This document shows, one piece after another, positions 46,625-62,616 of a stretch of DNA of 64,000 nt. The notes below the pieces were generated by a model, which worked only from the letters and a program-made list of their open reading frames with translations, was not told the origin of the DNA and did no database searches. Location: the NCBI GenBank assembly GCA_964016885.1, contig OZ024745.1:76818001-76882000 (forward strand). Direction: 5' to 3'. Position 1 is the stretch's first letter, and every line of letters begins with the position of its first letter. The translations under genes were made by a program, and so were the position numbers. This stretch comes from Eledone cirrhosa. Taxonomy: Eukaryota.

Positions 46625-47020
46625 ATTATTTAATGTTGTTTAGCCTTAGGTCAGTCTTCTGTGTGAGTGTTTTTCTGTGAAACATATACATATATACATC
46701 AGGTCCGAACACAAAATAACCAAACTTCCACTGTCGCTACCTCCGTCTCGACGCTCTCCCCATCTCTCACTATTAAGAGCAAATGGGGGACCCACGCGCC
46801 GGCTGCTCTGCGGCCCCGGCGGACAGAACAGAGCAGGCGTTTCCCCGGAGGACGGTGAGGAAGGGAGGCGCGTTGGAAGAACCATTCTAGCTCGCCAGGC
46901 TCACACCTGCGGGTAGCCGACTCTGTGGTGAGTAGGGAGGTGGCCCTAGGTCCAAGGACACTAGACGTCTCAATTGCTACGGGCTCGACCACAAACCTAT
47001 TAAGTTGTTCAGTGTTCTGG
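46625..47020 (-). mobile_element. CRE-clade (RLE) non-LTR retrotransposon 3' fragment
   Basis: ORF 46699..47070(-): FVVEPVAIETSSVLGPRATSLL...EPGELEWFFQRASL, continuing after a frameshift as TVLRGNACSVL (PVAVET.G..G...QR.SL...RGNA motif); GC-rich relative to flanks. Confidence 0.65.
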
Positions 47021-47258
47021 GCGCCAGGGATGGAATGCAATGCCGATGACATAGAATACGGAAAATTCATCTTTCGGTTGGTGGGTTGCTCAGTACATTA
47101 TCGGCTAATTAAAATAAAAAGAGGAAACATGTTCGATGTCATTAGTTGAGATCCTGCTTTGCACACACACAACCCCAACACATTTATATATATAGTTAAT
47201 AAATGAAACAAAACAAAACACAGATTGCAAATTCACAGTTATATTAGGTTGGAGGAAG

Positions 47259-47330
<72 letters not shown>

Positions 47331-47384
47331 TTAAAAAATAATGAATAAAACAATGAAACAGTTCCTTATATTAAACAAAAAAAG

Positions 47385-47538
47385 TTCATTATTTAACAAT
47401 CGTTTCTAGGATATATATGTGTTAGAATTGGCATGCATATTCAACAGATCTATGTACAAAATTATACAAAATTATACAAACTATCAAAATTAAATATACA
47501 TACCAACACATATATATGCCGTCTTCAGAAATAATGAA
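47385..47538 (-). ncRNA. Hammerhead ribozyme with long stem II in an ORF-less PLE-like 3' module (about 47325-48150)
   Basis: Minus strand: ttcattattt-CTGAAGA-cggcatatatatgtgttgg...ctaacacatatatatccta-GAAA-cgattg-tt-aaataatgaa; perfect 10-bp stem I. Confidence 0.82.
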
Positions 47539-48141
47539 ATATATTTATTGATAATAACAACAATTCAAAATTACAGGTCTGTTTGGGAACAGAGTTCAAA
47601 TTGACCAATGAAAATACAAAAAGTTTATACAGTTAGGTGTGTGTATATATATGTAAGTAACTTCGTTCACAGATATGCATAAAGATATATGTTCACATGC
47701 ATACGCATGCCAAAAAGATGTATGTAAATACAAAAATTCAAGGCTAATGTCTCTGTATGTCTATAATCTACAGATAAAATACGCACACACATATATAAAT
47801 ATAAAATAAATATATACACAGATTCATATACTCACACATATACGTACATTCACACACACACGCGCGTATACGCATAAACATACACACAACCACGAACATA
47901 CATACACACACACACCCCCACACACATATATATGTGTGTATATACTATTATCATAAGCATATGGATATTAATGCGCGCACATAAACACTGCCACACACAT
48001 TTAGATCCAGATACAGAAAGTGGGTGGGGGGGGGGGGGAGAGGTCAGTATTCACCGGTGTCAGCAGACTGCCTATTTATAAATGTATCTATAAATTTAGA
48101 GATAAAAAGAAAAGAAAAAGAAAAAAGAAATATATCAAGAA

Positions 48142-48173
<32 letters not shown>

Positions 48174-48477
48174 ACAAGTAAAATATAAAATATACATCGA
48201 TATACATACATATACATATATATATATATACACATATACATACATACATATACATACATATACATACACATATACATAAACACATACATACACATACATA
48301 TACATACACACACCATATAAATACACATACACATACACACACGCATACATATAGAGACACATACATATACACATATAAATACATAGACATATACACATAT
48401 ACACACATATATATATATACACACACATACATATATATATATACATTCACAACACACATACATATATATATATATAC

Positions 48478-48577
<100 letters not shown>

Positions 48578-48871
48578 GCACATCTACACACATATAAACA
48601 CACTCATGTATATACACACATACATCTCTTCTTTCCATGATATCCGGATTACATTGAGTTCTTCATACGGATTGGACACTACCGTAAACTCTTGGTAGAT
48701 TTATCTACATATATATATATATATATATAGTATTTTGTTAAGTACACATCGGCTGAGTAGCCTCATTTGCATATCGAGCGAGTTACGGCTGGCCTTGCCG
48801 AATATTAAAAATAAAATTAGAATTTTATTTCTCGTCTTAGCACAGCTGATACATAAATGTAAGTATGCACA

Positions 48872-48950
<79 letters not shown>

Positions 48951-50684
48951 GCCTTCCGCTGCACCTCCTCCAACCTAGTCTACGGACTTCGTTGCACGAG
49001 GTGCAGCGCGACTTATGTCGGACAGACGGGACGCCGCCTGGCGGACCGAGTCACGGAGCACCTCCGGGACATTCGTCTCGGGGGCAGTTCCCCCATCGCC
49101 CGCCACTTTGGTGGCCCTGGACACTCCGCACACCATCTCACAGTCTGTGGCCTACTCCAGTGCCACGGAACACCCGCCCATCGCCTCACGGTCGAACAAC
49201 GTACTATCTTCATCTTACAGACCCACACCCCCACGGCCTGAACTCCCCACCCTTATTCCTTTAGCGTTCGACCGCCCCCCTCCCCCACTTATCCCCCACT
49301 AACACCACTAACACACCCCTCCTTTTCACAGCCCACCCCACACTAACAATACTAACACCCCCACTACACCCCTCATCTAACCACCCTTCCCCAACTAACA
49401 TACTAACATCCCTTCCCTCCCCTCTTCTCCTCCTCCCCCCTCCTTATCACACGCACACACTTACACCACCCACCCCACACGCAACTAACATCACTAACAC
49501 CCTCCAACCCCACGCACACGTACCCACACACCCTCGTACACCGCCAACTCTACACACCCCCACTCACACCTGCATTCCACCCCTCCCCACCTCCCGTCTA
49601 CTAACACCCACTAACACCTCCTCACCAAACTACACACACACCAGTACACCACACTCCCTTCTCTCCCCACTCCACACTCACTCATCCCACTAACACCCCT
49701 ACTAATACACACACACACACACACACACACCCTCCTCACTCCAACTCTCACACCTACCCATCCTCGCCTCCCTACCATTCCGCTGACTGCTGCTATGCCC
49801 TTCCGACCACTGTCTCAGCACCCACTGACCACAGCACTCCCACTGCTGACCACTTCCTGTTGCGCGCGCACCCCACATCTCTCCTCTTCCGACCACCGCT
49901 TCTTGGATTACCCACACGCGTTTTGACTTCCAACCAAATCTCCATACATCCGTGTAACTTACCACTTTTCAACCATCCTCTAACACCATCACCTATATAA
50001 CTCACCCACACACACATCCCAAAACAAATTTTTTTATCCACACGCCACCCACACCCACAACACGCTTAAACCACACACACGTGCTTCCCACCACATATTT
50101 ACACCCTCAGCCCCCTGATTCCTCTCCCCCCACCCCCTATCCACACACGCACAGACCCTCCGACACACAAAAACACCCCCCACACACACCTTCCTGAACA
50201 TGCAACCCCGTTCTTCCCCCAACCCTCACTTTCACATACACACACACACACACACACACGCACACCTAACCACACACACCACCTTCAGCCCTCCTCGCTC
50301 GGACACCCCGTCTCCCTCTCCCCACTCCACCCGCCTCCACCTCTACTCACCCCACACCCTTCCACCACCTGTTTACCCCCCTTTTAATTTCAGTTTATTT
50401 TGATCATGCCTTTATTTTTAAATGTTCTCATTCCTTGTATTTTGATCATGCTTTATTTTTATTTATTATTTATTATATTTTTGTCTTTATTTGTTAATTT
50501 TTCATTCGCACCGTTTCCTTTCGCTATATGTCTCTCCACCACTCCCCTACACACCTTTTGAACTCTTACCTGAAGAAGGGCTTATGCCCGAAACGTCGTC
50601 CTCCACCTACCCCCCACTCTCCTGAGCGTGAATCTAATAAACATTTGTCGTACTGCCTCTCTGTTCTGTCCCTGTTCAATTTTT

Positions 50685-50687
<3 letters not shown>
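48951..50687 (+). mobile_element. Neptune-like PLE 3' fragment: GIY-YIG C-terminus, long C/A-rich 3' UTR, hammerhead, flanked by (TA)n
   Basis: FRCTSSNLVYGLRCTRCSATYVGQTGRRLADRVTEHLRDI...PIARHF...EQRTIFILQT then, after a frameshift, HGLNSP (stop 49264); AATAAA 50635-50640. Confidence 0.85.
50568..50599 (+). ncRNA. Minimal hammerhead ribozyme motif of the Neptune-like pLTR
   Basis: CTGAAGA-a-gggc ttat gccc-GAAA-cg-tc; palindromic acgt stem III; GUC triplet; stem I only about 2 bp. Confidence 0.65.
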
Positions 50688-50718
<31 letters not shown>

Positions 50719-50881
50719 CAAAGGAAATGTGGTAGGAACCAGGTGGACCATAACGCACCAAAGTACTCAATACTTAGGGTAGTAGAGTGGGTAATAGGAA
50801 CGAGTAGGACCCCGACGGCTGAGCTCAAGCCGTTTCGACGGCTAATTCTGGACGGAATTAGCCGTCGGGGTCTTACTTGTT

Positions 50882-50953
<72 letters not shown>

Positions 50954-51273
50954 CATATACATACACACTCATTTACATATGTACGTATGGGCTATATCGA
51001 ATATTTATAATAATGTTCGATTCGTTTGTAAACAAAACAAAAGCCCCGATTTGAAGCTGCGCCGTGCTGGGGACTGATCGTCACCTGGCTTTGATGAACA
51101 ATCAACATTTATGTATCAGTTGTGCTAGGGCGAGAAATAAAATTCAAATTTTATTTTTAATATTCGGCAAGGCCAGCTGTAACTCGCTCGGTATGCAAAT
51201 GAGGCTACTCAGCCGATGTGTACTTAAGAAAATACTATATATTTTCAATCGTTGAACAGACTGGCAGAGATAT

Positions 51274-51316
51274 ACAGTCCTGATGAAGGGTAATGATCTA
51301 GAAACATGTTGATTGT
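51274..51316 (+). ncRNA. Minimal hammerhead ribozyme
   Basis: acagtc-CTGATGA-agggt aatg atcta-GAAA-catg-tt-gattgt; 6-bp stem I, palindromic acatgt stem III, GUU triplet. Confidence 0.78.
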
Positions 51317-51502
51317 TCCTCAAAGCCAGTGTTGAACAAACAGGTGACGATTGGTCATCGGCATAGCATAGCTTCAAATCGGGCCGTTTGTTTACAAACA
51401 AATCGAACATTATTATTAGTGTTCGATATAACCCATACGTATATATGTATATATGTGTGTGTATGTATATATATATGTGTGTGTGTGTGCGTGTGCAGAC
51501 TT

Positions 51503-51549
<47 letters not shown>

Positions 51550-51585
51550 CACACACGCACACACACACACATACATATATATATA

Positions 51586-51636
<51 letters not shown>

Positions 51637-51735
51637 TGCGGTGTTGAAACCGAGGAGGCCACTAATCATGGGAGTACTCGATGCATGGGGAGATGTAAAA
51701 TCCTGACCACAGCGCCAAGTGGTTTCGGATTGTGA

Positions 51736-55971
<4,236 letters not shown>

Positions 55972-56004
55972 TATGTATGTATGTATGTATGTATGTATGT
56001 ATGT

Positions 56005-56610
56005 CAGGTCACCAGTTGGTGCTACTGGTAACATGTATCCCAGTACAACCTGTCTCATGGTCGGGTCGTTGGCGACTAAACTGGCAACCCCACCAAGGTT
56101 TCTTGGTGAGGAGGGTGACTTTGGACATCCTGCAGGACTAAAAACAAAACCTGTCAAAGGGCAAAGGAGCTCTTAAGAGTCAATGGCCATCCAAAATCAC
56201 CGGGAGAGATGACCCCTTAGCCTTTGTCAAGGCAGAATTCTAGGATAAGGAAAACTCTGATATAACACCTGCAATTCTGATGGTATCCAATGATGTTGAC
56301 TTGTTATTCTTTTTGGTAAGTATCATCTTGGTTAAGAGAGTGGGACTGGCTTTGTGCAGTGCTTTTGCTCACTATAAAAGCTTCACGGCACAGGCATTGC
56401 TTTATATCTGGAGATCTCTCTGCACTTGTCGTCACATGGTACCATGGGCCTAGCACTATGTGTCAATAATTGTCACAAGTGTAGTGTTTGTACCAGAGTT
56501 TTCAAGTCGCTGGCTGGACTAAAAAGTCACACTTGTTCAGCGCATCGGTAGGAGTTCTCCTACATGGATATAAAGTAGTGGCCGTACTCGAAAACGAGTT
56601 GGCAGCCACC
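56005..56610 (+). mobile_element. Short internally deleted RTE derivative (5' UTR fused to 3' end)
   Basis: 5' part has HDV-ribozyme-like elements; 56474-56551 encodes HKCSVCTRVFKSLAGLKSHTCSAHR* (RTE C-terminal C2H2); 3' stem-loop gccgtactcgaaaacgagttggc; (TATG)n tail; second 3' copy at 60276-60473. Confidence 0.68.
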
Positions 56611-58989
56611 ATGTATGTATGTATGTATGTATGTATGTATTATGTATGTATGTATGTATGTACGTGTGTGTGGGAGTGTGCACCCAACAGATGCTAAGCA
56701 GCTATCTGTTGAACATGAGAATTATGTAATATTTCTTTCTTTACGGCGTTGCTATAATTGTGTGGGTGGTTTCCAGTAACAGTTTGTTGCTCTCTTGCTA
56801 CATCACTGTTAGTAGTTGAATCACTTTGTTTCAATGAAAATATCTTAAAAGCGATACAGGTCGTAGCAGATCAAGTGAGTGTTGCAAAATATTGATTTCT
56901 TTTGACTAAGTACATAGTAAACGTCTATACTGCGTGGCTATGATCAATAGAAAACTATTTTCTAGATTGATTCTATTAATTTATCGACCCAAGGATGGAA
57001 GATAAAGTCGGATCCAATGGGATTATAACTCCGAATGACAAAAGATTGGCTCATGTTTGTCTAGGCTCAATTGTTGAACAAATGAAATGTGATGTTTATG
57101 ATTTTATCTATATCATTGACGGTGTAGGAGAAAAGAAATGGTTTCTGCTAGAGATTGAAACCGTGTCACGGACTCAGTTTCTGTGAGCTTACTTACCTCT
57201 TAATTTTACGGCGCACACTACTAAGTTGGAGAATTACGTGATAAAAGCTAGGACGTGACAAGAGTATCGAGAGTGATGCGTACTCACAGGTACAGATTCT
57301 TTGAACACTTCATGTATTTGTCTCAACCGTTGTTGTTTAGTAAATACTGACCGAGTAATGTCATACGACGACAAAAGTAGATGTTCAGACCATAGAGGTT
57401 TTAATATCAATCCTTCATATAGGTACCAGTATTAGTATTGCAAATAAACTGTGGCATACTTCCTTGTAAGTGGCAATTTTGTTGCTGTTTGTTTCCAAGT
57501 TAGCTCTCTGATTGGGCATGTCTCTAATTAAAGTTAGTCCGGCCATGACCATCCCATGTTCCTTACAGGAACAGTATATCTATGTTTATACTACCGAATA
57601 TGTAAGTTTTAATAACGGTGATGTAAGGAAGATGTGACTGTTATTTCTGACATTTATAAAAGCATAGTGTATTCTCATTGGTCATTACATTTGATCAATA
57701 ATAACATTTTCACCAGCACCACTCCTTGTTGTGAAAACATGTGATGTCAATGTTTTCTGTTTGAAAAACTATTTTCCCACGTTCGACTATTTAATAAGAA
57801 CATTTAATTAGCCAAATGTCATTCTTATATCAATTGAAAATATTGTTAAATCCAGCTGTTTTTCGGTGTTGTATATATTTTGACAGAATCGTTAGAGCGC
57901 TAGACAAAATGTATTGTGGTATTTATTGCAACTATTTACCATCAAAGTTCAAATCTCTTTGCAGACAACTTTGCCTTTCATCCTTCAGGGATAGATGAAA
58001 CTCCTGTCTAAGATGGTAAATTGACGCAACTATAAGAGTGTTTAGCAAAATGTTTTGCGGTATTTGTTTAGGCTCTTTAAGATATCACTGGATTATAGAA
58101 ATGTATTTGGTTTCATTCCTTACTCATGAAATCACTACACTTGACCAAAGTACTTCCAAGCGTGGTCATCAAACCAAATTACCTTCAATAATCCAGTATT
58201 ATTTTCACACGTTTTCTGTTGTTTCGTTTTATTATTTTACTTCAGATAGTACAGATGCCGCTAATACTCCCCGTAAATAGCTGCATATCGACGGCCGAAA
58301 GAAAAATATGGTCAGATGTGAATTTCTAGAGAACTGACCTTCTAGGAAGGACAAACTGAGCGTAATTGTTAGTGTAAGGACAGTAAAGAATAGACATAAT
58401 ATGTTTGAGGAGAGGAGGAGAGCTGAGAAGGAGGCGAGAGAAATTGCACGAGACCAGTCAATTTTGAGGATGAAAAGCAACCGTACTAAAGGTAGAAAAA
58501 GAAGAGAGTTCATCAGTGTGCCGGCGGTTGAAGTTGGTTAGTGAGCAACTTCATGTTATATCAGTCGAGTGGCCTTTCATTGAATGCAGTCTAGGTTGAC
58601 TGTATAAGTAGCAGTGCGCCATCGCAGTTCTGAGTGTAGTACTCTATTATGAGTCTCACAAGAGCTTTTTAAAGGGTTCGTTGTTGGTTTGGGATTAGAT
58701 ATATCCTAGTCCTGAAGAAGGAGGCCAATGTTTCTGCTGCAGTCTAAAGTTGATATTGAAAACAAGCATTTGTTACATAATTAATAATTATTCAGTAGAT
58801 TTCCAATTCTATATGTTTTGTATTTCTTTTCCTTGTCTGATGTACAAACTGTGGGTGAAAGCAAGATTATGGGTAGCGTGTATTCATTGACACAGTCGTT
58901 GTCTGTATCAAAAGCTTATTTCAGTAATGCTACATGGAAGTCAATTTAAATCACGCTTTATTCTACTAAATCTCACTGGTTACTATAAT

Positions 58990-59373
58990 ATTTCTACTAT
59001 TGGCACAAGGCCAGCAATTACCCCAGTGCGTTACTGGCACTTTATTCTATGGACCCCGTAAGAATGAAAGTCAAAGCTAACCGAGGCGGGATTTGACCTC
59101 AGAACATAAAGGGCCATAACTCTATGTTACAAAGTATAGTGTCTGACGCTCCACCGATACTGCCAAATCGCCGCCCTTTAATGTGTGTATAATAATTGTT
59201 TCTACGTTAGGCACAAGGCCAGCAAATACCCAGTGCATTACTGGTACTTTATTTTATCGACCCTATAAGGATGAAAGGCAAAGTTATCTTCGGCGGGATT
59301 TGAACTCAGAATGGCAAGGGCCGTAACTCTATACGTCAAAGCATGGCGTCCGACCCTCTACCAATACTGCCAA
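58990..59373 (-). mobile_element. Two tandem family B SINEs
   Basis: Two consecutive minus-strand copies (about 58990-59178 and 59190-59373). Confidence 0.82.
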
Positions 59374-59596
59374 TAAAAGATCATTACTTACATCGAATTA
59401 TTACATTCTTTATCCGACCACAAAAATATTATATAATATAATAAAAATATTATGCAATGCTTTCGACATATTCACGCCACTGCACTAAAGGATTGGTATT
59501 TGTAGGCTTTTATGGAACTCTGTTTATATATAACCCAGTGCAATTCGGATAATAGGTAAAAATGAGGTTCTATAACCTGGATACAAGAACTGTAAG

Positions 59597-59700
59597 TGCA
59601 CCTGGCGGAGAATGGATCACATGCCTGAGACGGAGGTTACAAAGCCCTCTGCGTCGTGAGCCTTCGTCTCGGACGTACGATCTATTCTCCGCCAGCTGTA
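59597..59700 (+). other. Isolated GC-rich ~100-nt hairpin
   Basis: ctggcggagaatggatc...gatctattctccgccag; about 40-bp imperfect stem, 15-nt loop. Confidence 0.6.
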
Positions 59701-59973
59701 AATTCTACATTAGCTCAACACAAATCGTTTTCAACAGTGCATTATTTTTTGTCCCTTCTCCCATAGAAAAATATCAGATATGTTGTGTTTAAAATGGATT
59801 GCTGATTTTATTGAAATATCTCACTAGCATTCCTTACCTTTATAAGGGTGATAATATTCTGATTCTAGTGTCATATCGCAAGAAAATGTAGTACTATACA
59901 GATATCGGCAGCTGTTGATGATGTGGATGATAAATTTCAAACTGGAATGGAATAATCAAGATTTGTATGTATG

Positions 59974-60473
59974 TTCTTCTGGTTTTATAATTTCACAAAT
60001 TTTTGCCAATAGAAAGAGAGCCGATTTCTAACATAGATACAAGACTCTCTCATTGGAATTTATACAATATCAACTAGGTAGATATGTATGCATGTCTGCA
60101 TGCATGCGTGTGCAGGTATGGATGTTATTGTATGTGTGGATGTGGATGTTTTGAGTTGTATGTGTGCATATGCATATGCTTTATATTTGTACAAGTGTAT
60201 ATGCAGTTATTAGATGCAGAATTTTTGGAATGTTGTATGTATGTATGTATGTATGTATGTATGTATGTATGTATGTATAAAAGCTTCACGGCACAGGCAT
60301 TGCTTTATATCTGGAGATCTCTCTGCACTTGTCGTCACATGGTACCATGAGCCCAGCACTATGTGTCAATAATTGGCTGGACTAAAAAGTCACACTCGTT
60401 CAGTGCATCGGTAGGGGTTCTCCTACACGGATATAAAGTAGTGGCCGTACTCGAAAACGAGTTGGCAGCCACC
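59974..60473. mobile_element. Dong-like 3' UTR (-) plus RTE-derivative 3' end (+) around a (TATG)n tract
   Basis: 59974-60234 homologous to 51883-52130; 60276-60473 homologous to 56373-56610 with an internal deletion. Confidence 0.82.
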
Positions 60474-61022
60474 ATGTATGTATGTATGTGTACTGACTTC
60501 AGATGATTTAACGAATATGTGCTTTTAAAGTGAACCTTACTGAAGCATTGCAAGAGCCCACAGTAGCATTGCAGGGCCCACTGTAGTATTTTAGAGGCCA
60601 ATGCTTTGCTTTAAAAAAATACCTGAAATCTAAGAGAAAGAATAAAAAAATAAAAAAATAAATAAAACATTTGATCAACCAATTCCCCAGGGAATTACTA
60701 AAAACCAAAATATACGTTAGTGCAAATAGCTGGAATCAGTGGTTGTACATTCTACTAAATCTAAAGCTTAGTGTATTCATTCATGCATGCAAACATATAT
60801 ATATGGACACAGACACACAAGCATATGTATATATATATATATATATTTATATACTTACACACGAACTACTGACCAAATAATATTTGGTATCAATGGGGGG
60901 AAATGAGGTGGAAGAGAAATGTAACATGGATTACAGTTTAAAATACAGTCTAGATAGATGTGAAATAAAACGAGGAAGTGGTTTATGGAACACCCAAATG
61001 ATTTAGATGTCGAGCAATAACA

Positions 61023-61414
61023 TTAAGAAAGACATGAACGACACCACAACACTGTTTTGAAAATGTTGAAAGTAGGTTTATAAGTATGAATTTTCATAAA
61101 ATGTTCGTAGTTGTCTCTGCGGCCTAGCAGTAGGTACCAGAGACGGTGGAGATCCTGGCCTTGGGTTTAATCCTGGTCAAGAGGTACATGTAACCTTTTT
61201 CAGATTTTATTTTACAACCAATAGAAAAAGACTAAAAAGGTTTACCGGGAACCCTACTCCCGACCAGGATCGAACTTCAGACCAAGATCAGCACCGTCTA
61301 CGATTCCTCCAGTTAAGCCAACGAGACAACTACAAAAGTGTAATGAAAATTGATAATTATAAACCTACTTTCAAAACCAAAGTTAAAATGATGTGTCGTT
61401 CATGGTTTTCCTAG
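61023..61414. mobile_element. Palindromic element with two convergent tRNA-like Pol III cassettes
   Basis: Arms of about 175 bp are diverged reverse complements; each carries A-box, B-box and a T5 run; about 33-bp spacer. Confidence 0.7.
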
Positions 61415-61940
61415 AGCTATTAGTAATATTTAGGGTCGACTTGTCAATCTTCTGGCCCTTTGATAATAACCTTATTATTCCTATGTGTGTTTAATTGTTG
61501 AATTAATCTAATTTGCTTAATTTAGCAAACAAATAATATATATATATATGCGGAATTACTTCATATATATATATATATATATATAAAGTTTTTTTTTTAG
61601 TCCAGAAATAACCGTCGAAACGGCTTGAGCTCTGCCGACGGGGTCATACATATTTGATTGCACTGTTTTGTTTCCACTTATGTATTTTTCGAAAATGTTA
61701 TTTATTCATTATACAAATTAAATGATAGCATTCTATATGTAGGTGGGCCCCCTTCATCTCCTGGCAACCAATAATTTTAGACCCAGTCCGCCACTGGTTA
61801 GAAGTATATTTTTTTTTTGTTCGTAGTTCCTTGTCCCTAACCATTTTCCATACAATGTGGTAAGTTAGGGCATTGTTAGTTAAATTTTAGTTACAGATTT
61901 GAATCACAATACAAGGTCGAAGATGTCTTCTAAAGCCAAA

Positions 61941-62616
61941 CAAGTTATCAATAATAATTGTTTCTACTTTTGGTACAAGGCCAGCAATTACACCAGTGCA
62001 TTACTGGTACTTTATTTTATCGACCTCCGTAAGGATGAAAGGCAAAGTTAACCTCGGCGGGATTTGAACTCAGAATGGAAAGGGCCGTAACTCTATGCGT
62101 CAAAGCATGGCGTCCGACCCTCTACCGATACTACCAATCCACCGCCCTTCAAGTTATCAATAATAATGATTTCTAGTATAGGCACAAGGCCAGTAATTTG
62201 GGAGGAGGTGAAAGTAGATTAAATCGACCCAGTACATTACTGGTGCTTTATTTTATCGACCCCGTAAGGATGAAAGGCTAAATTAACTTCGGCGGGATTT
62301 GAACTCAGACCGTAAAGAGCCATAACTCTATGCTACAAGGCATGGTGTCCGACTCACTGCCGATACTGCCAATCCACCGCCCTTAAAGTTATCAATAATA
62401 ATACTTTTGGCACAAGGCCAACAAATACCCAGTGCATTACTGGTACTTTATTTTATCGACCCCGTAAGGATGAAAGGCAATGTTAACCTCGGCGGGATCA
62501 ATAATAATTGTTTCTGCTTTTGGCACAAGGCCAGCAATTATCCTAGTGTATTACTGGTACTTTATTTTATCGATCCCGTAAGGATGAAAGGCAAAGTTGA
62601 CCTGGGCGGGATTTGA
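61941..62616 (-). mobile_element. Array of four family B SINEs (two full, two 5'-truncated)
   Basis: Copies at about 61952, 62160, 62400 and 62500, separated by the recurring aagttatcaataata sequence. Confidence 0.85.

Noticed and set aside
47040-47140. ccgatga ... GAAAcatgtt as a hammerhead
   Set aside because: Core mutated and no stem I or stem II consistent with hammerhead topology.
58505-58770. CTGATGA (- strand, about 58511) and CTGAAGA (58712) as hammerhead cores
   Set aside because: No correctly placed GAAA, stem II or stem I partner found; at best a heavily decayed remnant.
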